64,000 nt of DNA from Chrysomallon squamiferum (Eukaryota > Animalia > Mollusca), in assembly GCA_012295275.1 (NCBI GenBank), contig CM022672.1, positions 30,628,001-30,692,000 of the forward strand, written 5' to 3'. Numbering within the stretch: the stretch's first letter is position 1; each line of letters opens with the position of its first letter. Of the stretch, positions 1 to 12,649 are shown in pieces. A program made the translations under genes and the position numbers. The notes under the pieces are model-generated. The model saw only the letters and a program-made list of their open reading frames with translations. It searched no databases and was not told the DNA's origin.

Positions 1-385
1 TCATAAAACTACTATTTAAGTTTAGCACAAAAGGCTGTGAAGGTTTTGCGCAGTTAATTTATTTCTGAATCCGAAAAAACGAAATATGTTTCGTCACATG
101 ACTTCAGTTTCTCAACTATTGTTGTGAACCAAAACAGCTTTCTCATTTACAATTGCTTATTTGTTGTATTTATCTTTTTATTTGTTTTTTCATTAGATCA
201 AAAGAAATAGTAACAATAAAATCTTCACTTCTACTTAATACTTATACATTTAATGCTAAATTAATCAGTGATACGAAATACATTCAGAAGATATAAATTA
301 GAAAATCTAAAATGTTAATTTTTAAAGGGTTTATCTTTTGACACGTTCAGAGCACTTTAGAATGAGAATAAATTAAAAACATTTC

Positions 386-1140
386 ACGATTTCACAGACA
401 CGATGGAGAACTGTCTGGTTTAGTGACGATGTTCAATTTCTGCTTCGTCGAGCTGATGGTAGATGTCGAGTTTACAGACGTCGTGGTGAACGTTTTGCTG
501 CAAACTGCAACCAGGAAGCGGACAGATTTGGTGGTGGTAGTGTGATGGTGTGGGCAGCAATCTCATACACTGGCAGGAGCAACCTGGTTCACATCCACGG
601 CAACCTAACGGCACAGAGATACCGAGATGAAATATTGCAGCCACATGTCGCACCAGTTATGAATAATGATAACGCTGTATTCCAGCACGACAATGCGAGA
701 CCACATACAGCCAGACTCACAACAGCGTACCTACACAACAATAACATTCAGATCCTGCCCTGGCCCTCTAAATCTCCAGATTTGAACCCTATAGAGCATT
801 TATGGGACGAGTTGGATAGACGACTGAGGCAGCATCAACCACAGCCACAGAATCGTGCTCAGTTGGCATTATTACTACAGACAGGGTGGGCTACCATTCG
901 TAATGTCATTACTGCCATGGGAAGGAGATGTCAGGCAGTTCTGGACTCCCATGGGGCCACACAAGGTATTGATATTATAATGTTATAATCTTGAACCTTA
1001 ACCTTTTCAATATAATATCATCAATATTAATGAATTGCGAAAGTGTGTGTAAAATGAACATTCTGCTGCAATTTGTTGATCCATTAGATAGATATTCCCA
1101 ATGTCAATAAAATCTACTTTTGCGTTTCTTTTTTGTTAGA

Positions 1141-1143
<3 letters not shown>
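386..1143 (+). mobile_element. 5'-truncated Tc1-family (DD34E) transposon, copy 1: catalytic domain plus probable right TIR
   Basis: The frame is open from 377 to 988: WRTVWFSDD...GGSVMVW...VFQHDNARPH...SPDLNPIEHLW, with 34 residues between the second D and the E. There is no N-terminal HTH domain. It ends in CTTTTGCGTTTCTTTTTTGTTAGAGTA running into (TA)n, consistent with a TIR at a TA target. Confidence 0.9.
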
Positions 1144-1183
<40 letters not shown>

Positions 1184-1594
1184 TTCTGATTAGAGTTAAT
1201 GTAAATTTTTCAATATATGTTTGTATGTAGATGTATGCAGATGTCTACATATTGTATTTATTTTGATGAATAATCATAATGTTTAATAAAATAACTATAA
1301 CTTTAATTTATTAAGTACATGTGTGTATGTGTGCGTTTATCCGTGTATACCATTATATCTGAAGTTTAATATCTCTTAAAATTAAAAAAAAAAAAAATAT
1401 GTTGTATTTTATTTATTAACTGATTATGCACGCACCAACGGTATAGGAAAACACGCAAGATTTGACGATACAGGTTCGGTTGGTCAGTTTAACATCTACG
1501 CTTAACTTGTCAGTTAATATCAGAGTTCGTCAAAGTGACATGTGGTACAAAAATCAAATTAGCTCATTGTGTTTTGGAGGCCCTTATCTAGTCC

Positions 1595-1603
1595 TATATA
1601 AAA
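1595..1603 (+). promoter_or_regulatory. TATA-box-like element (TATATAAAA) within each tandem unit
   Basis: CCTATATAAAAGG is followed ~25 nt later by an Inr-like ACAGT and a GC-richer stretch. Repeated at ~3936 and ~6179. Function not demonstrated. Confidence 0.3.
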
Positions 1604-2683
1604 GGCTTGTACATAGATGTACAGTATTTCTGCGACGGACACGCCCGCTGACCTGTCAGAAAGCGTGCCTGTCGTAGACGTGCTTCACAACAGCTTGCTC
1701 TGATTAGCACGTTAATTTTTTTCAAGGTTCAAGGTAATGAGTAAAACATAGATAATTCACGTTGGTCTTAGCATAAACTCATCTATTTTAGGAACAAATT
1801 GTTGATTACTAGCAACCGTGTATTGCATATATAATGGCTATCTGTGATCTTCTAGAAAGCCCTCATCCAGCATTAAATATTGTGGAACATAACCCAGTTA
1901 AACAGGCTGTTATAATATTTGTAAACGTGTCTCATAAGTTATTAACCCTACTACACTGCAACATAATTATAATTGATTTAATGCAACTATATCTATCTAA
2001 AATCATGAAATATTCTGTGAAGATCAACTAATTAAAATTCTTTTCTTTCCTTTCTTTTCTTTTTAAAGAAATAAAAAATATATATATTTATGAATTTTTA
2101 TCATAATTGTTATTATTATTATTAATGTAATGTTTAATTACACTAATAGAAAGCTATATATATATGAACCCGGTTCACTCCCGAGTCAGGAAACGACTGA
2201 CAAAGCCGATTCTCAGCAACGAGAATCTCCTGAATTCTGTTTCATGGTTCTTGACTGTGAGCAAAATCATCATACTTTTCATACTGTCAGTTGAACCATC
2301 ATAAAACTACTATTTAAGTTTAGCACAAAAGGCTGTGAAGGTTTTGCGCAGTTAATTTATTTCTGAATCCGAAAAAACGAAATATGTTTCGTCACATGAC
2401 TTCAGTTTCTCAACTATTGTTGTGAACCAAAACAGCTTTCTCATTTACAATTGCTTATTTGTTGTATTTATCTTTTTATTTGTTTTTTCATTAGATCAAA
2501 AGAAATAGTAACAATAAAATCTTCACTTCTACTTAATACTTATACATTTAATGCTAAATTAATCAGTGATACGAAATACATTCAGAAGATATAAATTAGA
2601 AAATCTAAAATGTTAATTTTTAAAGGGTTTATCTTTTGACACGTTCAGAGCACTTTAGAATGAGAATAAATTAAAAACATTTC

Positions 2684-3443
2684 ACGATTTCACAGACACG
2701 ATGGAGAACTGTCTGGTTTAGTGACGATGTTCAATTTCTGCTTCGTCGAGCTGATGGTAGATGTCGAGTTTACAGACGTCGTGGTGAACGTTTTGCTGCA
2801 AACCTGCAACCAGGAAGCGGACAGATTTGGTGGTGGTAGTGTGATGGTGTGGGCAGCAATCTCATACACTGGCAGGAGCAACCTGGTTCACATCCACGGC
2901 AACCTAACGGCACAGAGATACCGAGATGAAATATTGCAGCCACATGTCGCACCAGTTATGAATAATGATAACGCTGTATTCCAGCACGACAATGCGAGAC
3001 CACATACAGCCAGACTCACAACAGCGTACCTACACAACAATAACATTCAGATCCTGCCCTGGCCCTCTAAATCTCCAGATTTGAACCCTATAGAGCATTT
3101 ATGGGACGAGTTGGATAGACGACTGAGGCAGCATCAACCACAGCCACAGAATCGTGCTCAGTTGGCATTATTACTACAGACAGGGTGGGCTACCATTCGT
3201 AATGTCATTACTGCCATGGGAAGGAGATGTCAGGCAGTTCTGGACTCCCATGGGGCCACACAAGGTATTGATATTATAATGTTATAATCTTGAACCTTAA
3301 CCTTTTTCAATATAATATCATCAATATTAATGAATTGCGAAAGTGTGTGTAAAATGAACATTCTGCTGCAATTTGTTGATCCATTAGATAGATATTCCCA
3401 ATGTCAATAAAATCTACTTTTGCGTTTCTTTTTTTTTGTTAGA

Positions 3444-3445
<2 letters not shown>
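2684..3445 (+). mobile_element. 5'-truncated Tc1-family transposon, copy 2 (extra C at ~2803 shifts the frame)
   Basis: Near-identical to copy 1; AAACCTGC here versus AAACTGC in copy 1. ORF 2721-3287 holds the D34E part. Confidence 0.9.
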
Positions 3446-3522
<77 letters not shown>

Positions 3523-5024
3523 TTCTGATTAGAGTTAATGTAAATTTTTCAATATATGTTTGTATGTAGATGTATGCAGATGTCTACATATTGTATTTAT
3601 TTTGATGAATAATCATAATGTTTAATAAAATAACTATAACTTTAATTTATTAAGTACATGTGTGTATGTGTGCGTTTATCCGTGTATACCATTATATCTG
3701 AAGTTTAATATCTCTTAAAATTAAAAAAAAAAACAATATGTTGTATTTTATTTATTAACTGATTATGCACGCACCAACGGTATAGGAAAACACGCAAGAT
3801 TTGACGGATACAGGTTCGGTTGGTCAGTTTAACATCTACGCTTAACTTGTCAGTTAATATCAGAGTTCGTCAAAGTGACATGTGGTACAAAAAATCAAAT
3901 TAGCTCATTGTGTTTTGGAGGCCCTTATCTAGTCCTATATAAAAGGCTTGTACATAGATGTACAGTATTTCTGCGACGGACACGCCCGCTGACCTGTCAG
4001 AAAGCGTGCCTGTCGTAGACGTGCTTCACAACAGCTTGCTCTGATTAGCACGTTAATTTTTTCAAGGTTCAAGGTAATGAGTAAAACATAGATAATTCAC
4101 GTTGGTCTTAGCATAAACTCATCTATTTTAGGAACAAATTTGATTACTAGCAACCGTGTATTGCATATATAATGGCTATCTGTGATCTTCTAGAAAGCCC
4201 TCATCCAGCATTAAATATTGTGGAACATAACCCAGTTAAACAGGCTGTTATAATATTTGTAAACGTGTCTCATAAGTTATTAACCCTACTACACTGCAAC
4301 ATAATTGATAATTGATTTAATGCAACTATATCTATCTAAAATCATGAAATATTCTGTGAAGATCAACTAATTAAAATTCTTTTCTTTCCTTTCTTTTCTT
4401 TTTAAAGAAATAAAAAATATATATATTTATGAATTTTTATCATAATTGTTATTATTATTATTAATGTAATGTTTAATTACACTAATAGAAAGCTATATAT
4501 ATATGAACCCGGTTCACTCCCGAGTCAGGAAACGACTGACAAAGCCGATTCTCAGCAACGAGAATCTCCTGAATTCTGTTTCATGGTTCTTGACTGTGAG
4601 CAAAATCATCATACTTTTCATACTGTCAGTTGAACCATCATAAAATGTCTATTTAAGTTTAGCACAAAAGGCTGTGAAGGTTTTGCGCAGTTAATTTATT
4701 TCTGAATCGAAAAAAAACGAAATATGTTTCGTCACATGACTTCAGTTTCTCAACTATTGTTGTGAACCAAAACAGCTTTCTCATTTACAATTGCTTATTT
4801 GTTGTATTTTATCTTTTTATTTGTTTTTTCATTAGATCAAAAGAAATAGTAACAATAAAATCTTCACTTCTACTTAATACTTATACATTTAATGCTAAAT
4901 TAATCAGTGATACGAAATACATTCAGAAGATATAAATTAGAAAATCTAAAATGTTAATTTTTAAAGGGTTTATCTTTTGACACGTTCAGAGCACTTTAGA
5001 ATGAGAATAAATTAAAAACATTTC

Positions 5025-5740
5025 ACGATTTCACAGACACGATGGAGAACTGTCTGGTTTAGTGACGATGTTCAATTTCTGCTTCGTCGAGCTGATGGTA
5101 GATGTCGAGTTTACAGACGTCGTGGTGAACGTTTTGCTGCAAACTGCAACCAGGAAGCGGACAGATTTGGTGGTGGTAGTGTGATGGTGTGGGCAGCAAT
5201 CTCATACACTGGCAGGAGCAACCTGGTTCACATCCACGGCAACCTAACGGCACAGAGATACCGAGATGAAATATTGCAGCCACATGTCGCACCAGTTATG
5301 AATAATGATAACGCTGTATTCCAGCACGACAATGCGAGACCACATACAGCCAGACTCACAACAGCGTACCTACACAACAATAACATTCACGTCCTGCCCT
5401 GGCCCTCTAAATCTCCGGATTTGAACCCTATAGAGCATTTATGGAACGAGTTGGATAGACGACTGAGGCAACATCAACCACAGCCACAGAATCGTGCTCA
5501 GTTGGCATTATTACTACAGACAGAATGGACCACCATTCCACAAGGTGTAATTCGTAATGTCATTACTGCCATGGGAAGGAGATGTCAGGCAGTTCTGGAC
5601 TTCAATGGTGGGCACACAAGGTATTGATATTATAATGTTATAACCTTGAACTTTAACCTTTTCAATATAATATCTTCAATATTAATTAATTGCGAAAGTG
5701 TGTGTAAAATGAACATTCTGCTGCATTTTGTTGATCCATT
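5025..5740 (+). mobile_element. 5'-truncated Tc1-family transposon, copy 3 (canonical C-terminus, TIR deleted)
   Basis: The ORF ends EWTTIPQGVIRNVITAMGRRCQAVLDFNGGHTRY* at 5627, a typical Tc1 end. The TIR-like segment seen in copies 1-2 is missing after GATCCATT (~5740). Confidence 0.9.
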
Positions 5741-7987
5741 ATATATCACTTCTGATTAGAGTTCATGTAAATTTTTCAGTTTATGTTTCTATGTAGATGT
5801 ATGCAGATGTCTACATATTGTATTTATTTTGATGAATAATCATAACGTTTAATAAAATAACTATAACTTTATTTTAATGTTAACATGTATTAAGTACATG
5901 TGTCTATGTTTGCGTGTATCCGTGTATACCATTATGTCTGACGTGTAATATCTCTTAAAATTAAAAAAAAAAAAACAATATGTTGTATTTTATTTATTAA
6001 CTGATTATGCACGCACCAACGGTATAGGAAAAAACGCGAGAATGGACGATACAGGTTCGGTTGGTGGTGAATTTAACATCTACGCTTAACTTGTCAGTTA
6101 ACATCAGAGTTGGTCAAAGTGACTTGTGGTACAAAAATCAAATTAGCTCATTGTTTTTTTGAGGCACTTATCTAGGCCTATATAAAAGGCCTGTACATAG
6201 ATGTACAGTATTTCTGCGGTGGACACGCCCGCTGACCTGTCAGAAAGCGTGCCTGTCGTAGACGTGCTTCACAACAGCTTGCTCTGATTAGCACGTTAAT
6301 TTTTTTCAAGGTTCAAGGTAATGAGTAAAACATAGATAATTCACGTTGGTCTTAGCATAAACTCATCTATTTTAGGAACAAATTTGATTACTAGCAACCG
6401 TGTATTGCATATATAATGGCTATCTGTGATCTTCTAGAAAGCCCTCATCCAGCATTAAATATGGTGGAACATAACCCAGTTAAACAGGCTGTTATAATAT
6501 TTGTAAACGTGTCTCATAAGTTATTAACCCTACTACACTGCAACATAATTATAATTGATTTAATGCAACTATATCTATCTAAAATCATGAAATATTCTGT
6601 GAAGATCAACTAATTAAAATTCTTTTCTTTCCTTTCTTTTCTTTTTAAAGAAATAAAAAATATATATATTTATGAATTTTTATCATAATTGTTATTATTA
6701 TTATTAATGTAATGTTTAATTACACTAATAGAAAGCTATATATATATGAACCCGGTTCACTCCCGAGTCAGGAAACGACTGACAAAGCCGATTCTCAGCA
6801 ACGAGAATCTCCTGAATTCTGTTTCATGGTTCTTGACTGTGAGCAAAATCATCATACTTTTCATACTGTCAGTTGAACCATCATAAAATGTCTATTTAAG
6901 TTTAGCACAAAAGGCTGTGAAGGTTTTGCGCAGTTAATTTATTTCTGAATCCGAAAAAACGAAATATGTTTCGTCACATGACTTGAGTTTCTCAACTATT
7001 GTTGTGAACCAAAACAGCTTTCTCATTTACAATTGCTTATTTGTTGTATTTATCTTTTTATTTGTTTTTTCAGCAGTTGTGGCAATGCATTTGGAAATGA
7101 TGTTGGAATAAATGTGTTCAGTTGGTGTTTTTAATATATTCTCATTCTTAAGTGCTTTGAACTTGTCAAAAGATAATCCCCTTAAAAATTAACATTTCAG
7201 ATTTTGTAATTAATATCTTCTAAAAATAGAAGAGAAAATTTAAAAAAAAAAAAAAAAATGTTTTAATCTAATGCAAATTAATAATTTTACCAACTTTGGC
7301 TTCACATATCAAAGTAAATATACTTTGCAGAGTTATAAGAAAAATTAGACTGAATATTGACAATATTTGCCGTGATTTATTATGACATAAGCTTTATCAA
7401 AGGCAATCTCACTTCAGAATCCAGACTGACAATTGTGTGAAAACGTAGTTATTAGTTTTTAGTGGTGTTGGTCTTTTAAGAGTTATTTCTCTTCCATTTG
7501 GCTCAATTTTGTTTTATTATTTATTTATTTATTTATTTCTTCTTCTTCTTCTTCTTCTTCTTATTATTATTTATTATTATTATTGCCCTTTAAAAACATT
7601 TTAATTAAAAATTTGAGATTGTTTCTTTTGTTTTGTTGTTGTTATTTGTAACATTTTATATATTTTTTTCTTTTTCAGTATCGTAAATAATATTTCAGTT
7701 TACTGTAGAAAGAGACAAAGTTCTACATGGAGATAACGATAAATACTCGAATAATTTGTTTTATTCTTCCATAATATTATTTGCTGTTATGTCTGATCTA
7801 TATCGCTAATAATAAAAACATTCTAGAATAAAATATTAGTTACAAATGACTTAACGCCGCGATTTTACTATTTCACAACTGGAATTGTGACGTCATCATA
7901 GACTTGCTGCATTACGAGATGTTCTTATTCTGACAACACAGAAAAATCTTTAAAGCAAATCAGGCTGTCACATAAGTGATGACGTCA

Positions 7988-10027
7988 TTACCCGTCATCT
8001 GAAAAGGATGAAAGTAAGCAATAAATGCCTGTAATAAACACATTCGTCAGCCCTGTCTCAGTCACTGACAAGGATTTTGTTTATTTATGTTACTGATTTT
8101 TACAAATCGAAAATTCCTCAATTTTTATAATCTCGCACCGTTTAATTTATAATTACTAAAATTATTTAATATTAAGAACATGAAATATAACACTGAGGTT
8201 TGTATGTATGTGCGTAGATATACCATGAAATCATTTAAACATTTCTGATTATGATCATCTATGCTACTAACATGTTTTACAATCAGATTTAATTTGTCTA
8301 TCTTCATTAATTACTAACCTGGACATGGCTCTGTATTACAGGGAACAGTTTTCACTTCAGTTGTTTCTCCTTCACATGACTTTCCACCATTTGTAGGAGC
8401 AGGATTATCACATGTTCTGCTTCTTGACTGGTTTTTGTATCCTGTTCCACACACTTTTGAACATTCAGTAACATTCTTCCATTCCGACCAAGTACTCCAA
8501 CCACCATCAACTGTTAATAATATATATTTGTATTTATATCTGGTAACTGAATTGAAAACAAATGAAATTAAAACGTACATGTAAACTATTGTTGATCTAC
8601 AGTTCAGTATATTTCATTTTATATTTTTAGAGACTTAATCATCAAAAATCTTAATGAAAGTTAAGTGATGGCAACAATAATAGTTTGATTTTAACTGAAC
8701 TGTAAGAAAAATTATAATTTAGTTTCAAAACATCTATTTTGAACATATTCAAAAGACATATCACAAATTGTTATCAACTCTTAGCGCTAGTGATATTCTA
8801 AACTAAATAATTAATTATTAAAACGTTTTATGCTTATCAACTTTAACACTTCGTTTACTCATTAATTCATTTATGTACTTATGTACTAAATTAATCTTTA
8901 GATACTTTCAATATATATATTTATCAATTATCATATCTATTTGTCTACCTACATATCTATACACTAATATATACTTTTACTTAGATACTTCCTTACATTC
9001 ATAATTACAAATTTATTTATTCTTCTACATCCTTGCTTCATATTTACATATATACTTGCATATATATATATATATATATACATTCAAACTACATACACTC
9101 TTACATGTGCATATTAAGAGAATATATAAAAATACACCACGCACACACACACACGTACATTTACCTGCCTTCCTACCTACCCATATATATATATATATAT
9201 ATATATATATCAAACACACAACATATAGATGTAGAGACAAAGTCATATGTACTCGTTTATTAATTATGAGACAGAAAACTTACAAGTTATATGAGGTGAT
9301 GGACTGTTGAACGACCTGGTCCTTTCCTGCCGTTTCATTCCAAATCCACATGGTTTAGGAGAGCCACTGCTGTCAACGCAGGAAGACCAGCTCCTCCATC
9401 CACCATTAACTAATCATAAATAAAATACTGAAGTTTATAACAAATGTAAATTATAGTTAAATGATTGGTGCAAAGGCTTTTGGCCTCATATTATGCCTTC
9501 CCATTTCTGCAGCTACCACATTACGTATTTATTTTTTTGTTCTTTTTTTTTTTCCTTTTTTTTTTTTTTTTTTTCTTCAACTGACAAAACATAAATGGCA
9601 GACATTAAATAAATGTTAAATGCACTCGATTGTCCTCCTGAATAATCCCAACTAAATGCAACTGACAAATAACACTAATGCTTTCTGCCTCAAGTAAAAG
9701 AAGAGTGGACTAATGCTCTATTTAATGTCCAAACAAACTCGAGTAAAGACAAACCATTTACGTTAATCAGATTTGTAAATATTTTATTAGTTTGTGAAAA
9801 ACGAATGCTAATGAATGGTAAAGCAGCAAGATACACAAACCAGTTGTAAGGAATTGTTAAGGTACAGCAGAGGCTAACATTGTTGAGTTTTACTTACTTT
9901 CAGATGCTGCTCTTCAACAGCGTTATGTTGTTGTGTTATACTTACTAGAATGTTTTCGCCGCAAAAGCAGCAAGGTTTCACAGGAGACCAATAATACACA
10001 TACGATTAACAGTGTAAAGAGTTTCAT
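7988..10027 (-). CDS. Secreted TSP1-repeat mini-protein (~136 aa), coding exons 10027-9946, 9409-9284, 8510-8319, 7998-7988
   Basis: Exon 10027-9946 encodes a signal peptide [18 protein letters not shown].. Exon 9409-9284 is a degenerate half-TSP1 ([24 protein letters not shown]). Exon 8510-8319 is a full TSP1 ([36 protein letters not shown]). All introns are AG/GT phase 1. Lengths 82+126+192+11 = 411 nt, open to TAA at 7990-7988. Confidence 0.7.
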
Positions 10028-10400
10028 CTGTGAGAAATACAGAAAATAAATATATAGATAGACAGATGCACCCATACATAGTATGCTTACAGGCACAGAC
10101 ATACTCACACAGATACATAAAGATGAAATCCGGTCACGAAAGAAAATGTCAGTGCCGTTGGATAAACATATTATCTCACATAAATAAAAAATAATAATAA
10201 ATTAATTAAAATAAATTATTAAAAATATCGAACAAACAACCAAAGCAAAATAAATAATTTTCGCTAAAAATACAAGTATAATTTACCTTCCGATTCCAGA
10301 TTGTTTGGATCTGTTGTATGTACAAATTTAAAAACTACAAATAGATGAATGGTGAGTATTGTGACGCTATGACTGTGAACAAACACTGAGTTATACTTAC

Positions 10401-10527
10401 TTGCAGTTCGTGCAGGTGGTGCAGGTGCTGCCCTATAACGCCTACGACGGCCACTCCACCAATCATCGATGAATGCCTCAGTACAGACCAATAATACACA
10501 TTCGTTTAACAATGTAAACAGTTTCGT
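10401..10527 (-). pseudogene. Duplicated signal-peptide exon of the TSP1 gene with ATG mutated to ACG
   Basis: cag|ACG AAA CTG TTT ACA... encodes (T)KLFTLLNECVLLVCTEAFIDDWWSGRRRRYRAAPAPPARTA|gtaagt. It is part of a ~500-bp tandem duplication that also repeats the upstream short exon (donors at 10287 and 10818). Confidence 0.65.
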
Positions 10528-12649
10528 CTGTGACAGAACACAGAAAAAACATAGATATACAGAAACATATGCATTGATATATAATATGCTAGAGACTCAC
10601 AAATACTCACACACATCCATAAAGATGAAATCTGGTCACAAAAACAAAATATCACAACATTTGAAATTTCTTCCAACCTCCTTGAGAAAAGGATAAACAT
10701 AGCCACCCCAAATAAATAAAAATTAAAAATAAATTAATGAAAATAAATTACTAAAAATATTAAAGAAACAACGAAAGCAAAATAAATAATTTTAGCTAAA
10801 AGTAAAGTATAATTTACCTTCGGATTCCGGATTGTTTGGATCTGTTGAATGTACAAATTTAAAAACTACATATAGAAAAATAGTGAGTATTGTAACACAA
10901 TGACTGGGAACAAACACTGACACAGAGAACAGCCAAAATGAAATTAATATACAAATTTAATTAACTCGCACTAGAGACATCTGTTTTATATCAGATATTT
11001 GCTTCATGTTAAGTTACTCTTAATGAAAAAGCGATATCACTGAAAATATTTAAAATTTTGTTTTAATATTTGGGTAAACGTCTTGTGGAGATATAAAGTT
11101 GAGCATAACAATTCCAAGATCACTTCAGCTAATATGATATTTGGGTTATTTTCCCATTTCAATCAAAACAGTGTGTTCTTTCTTTCAGATCAACATTATG
11201 TTCAGTTGTGAGTAGTAAAATTCTAGTGGTATCTTCATACAAACTCCTCATTCATTCAGTTATTCATATATACAAGAACTACTGCAGTTTCTCAACACAG
11301 CCTTTAACTAGTTTCACCCGTCAGTTTTAATTTCTATGACCACATTATCGTGCTGTCGTGATAGGCTAAAACCCAAATTAACATAATTAAAACCTTTGAC
11401 TGTATCTCACAAATGGTAATTTCAAAATGTTACTTTTACAAGATTCTTTAAATGACTTGTTATAGTATTCATAATAATAATAATAATAATAAACATTTAT
11501 TTATATTTAAGTAAGACGTGCTTTGTGATTATTTATATATGTTGCCACCATTAATCTATCACTGTACATTAGTAATCAGAAATAACAATTCCACTCACAA
11601 GCTGACAGTCTGATTAAAACAACCATTTACAAACTATATTAAGAACATTTTAATGTTTATTATTAACAGTTTTTCAATAGTTACCTTTGTCAGGAATGTA
11701 CAGCCGAAATCTTTGTTCGTATTTAAAGAGTACCTTTGCTGACAAGTTACATTTCACATTTTCTTTCTTGCTGTCCAATGTTAATAATGAAGTATAAAAA
11801 CAAGAGAATAGTTTTAAAATATCTGACCGCCACCATCTTTGCTTTGGAATAACATCATCATATTTAGGATTTAAACATGACAAACATATACCATCAGTTT
11901 ATTCACTCAGTGAACAGAGTAAACAATATGGATTGCCTTTTACACTTAAAAATATGTGTTGATTTGCTTGTATACTAGTAAATGTAAATGACTTTGGTAT
12001 CAAGATTAGGAATGAATTAATGTTAACAGTAGCTTGTCATTTTATGATACTAACAATTGTTTTCTGTCATTCATATTTATGACGTAAATTAACCAATGGG
12101 AAAAGAATTAGAGTAAATATATTAAGTATCAATAAACTTAAAAACAAACTTATTCTCTTGCTGTATGTATCTTAATATAAAATTTGTTATTTTTTTATTT
12201 TCTCATGAAATGATTAAAATAAGAAGTAAACAAATCTCAAAAGAAACAAACACACCATGAAATAAATTACGTGGATAAGACCATCGAACCATAAAGTTTT
12301 TTTCTTTTTGGCTTCTTTGTAAATTAAAAATATTCTACAAATATGTGTTTAAACGTACTGATGTGAAATTAGATTGGATGGGAACTGTACTATGAATTTC
12401 TTAAGGGGGAGGGGGCGATAACAGATTTCAAATATAGTTAATGTTTTATAAATATACTCTTTATGCAATATCATATATATATAATCGCAGAGATGCATTA
12501 ATTATACTTCACTCATTAAAGATAACCCTTTTTCAAAGTATATTTTTGACTTTGATATATTAGTAATAATACATATGTAAGGATATGACTGAATTAAATT
12601 TATTAATACAGTTATGAAGTGTTTCTTTATTATCTAAAACAACTCAAGA

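Larger units (their letters stand above)
1..7071 (+). repeat. ~2.3-kb tandem (macrosatellite-like) mosaic unit, 3 full copies plus a partial fourth; begins before the window
   Basis: The same sequence restarts (TCATAAAA...TTAAGTTTAGCACAAAAGG) at 1, 2299, 4638 and 6881 (periods 2298, 2339, 2243). Similarity ends at ~7071. Copies 1 and 2 are near-identical; copy 3 is more diverged. Confidence 0.95.

Noticed and set aside
420-653. Minus-strand Cys/His-rich 77-aa ORF (also 5059-5292)
   Set aside because: Antisense shadow of the Tc1 transposase.
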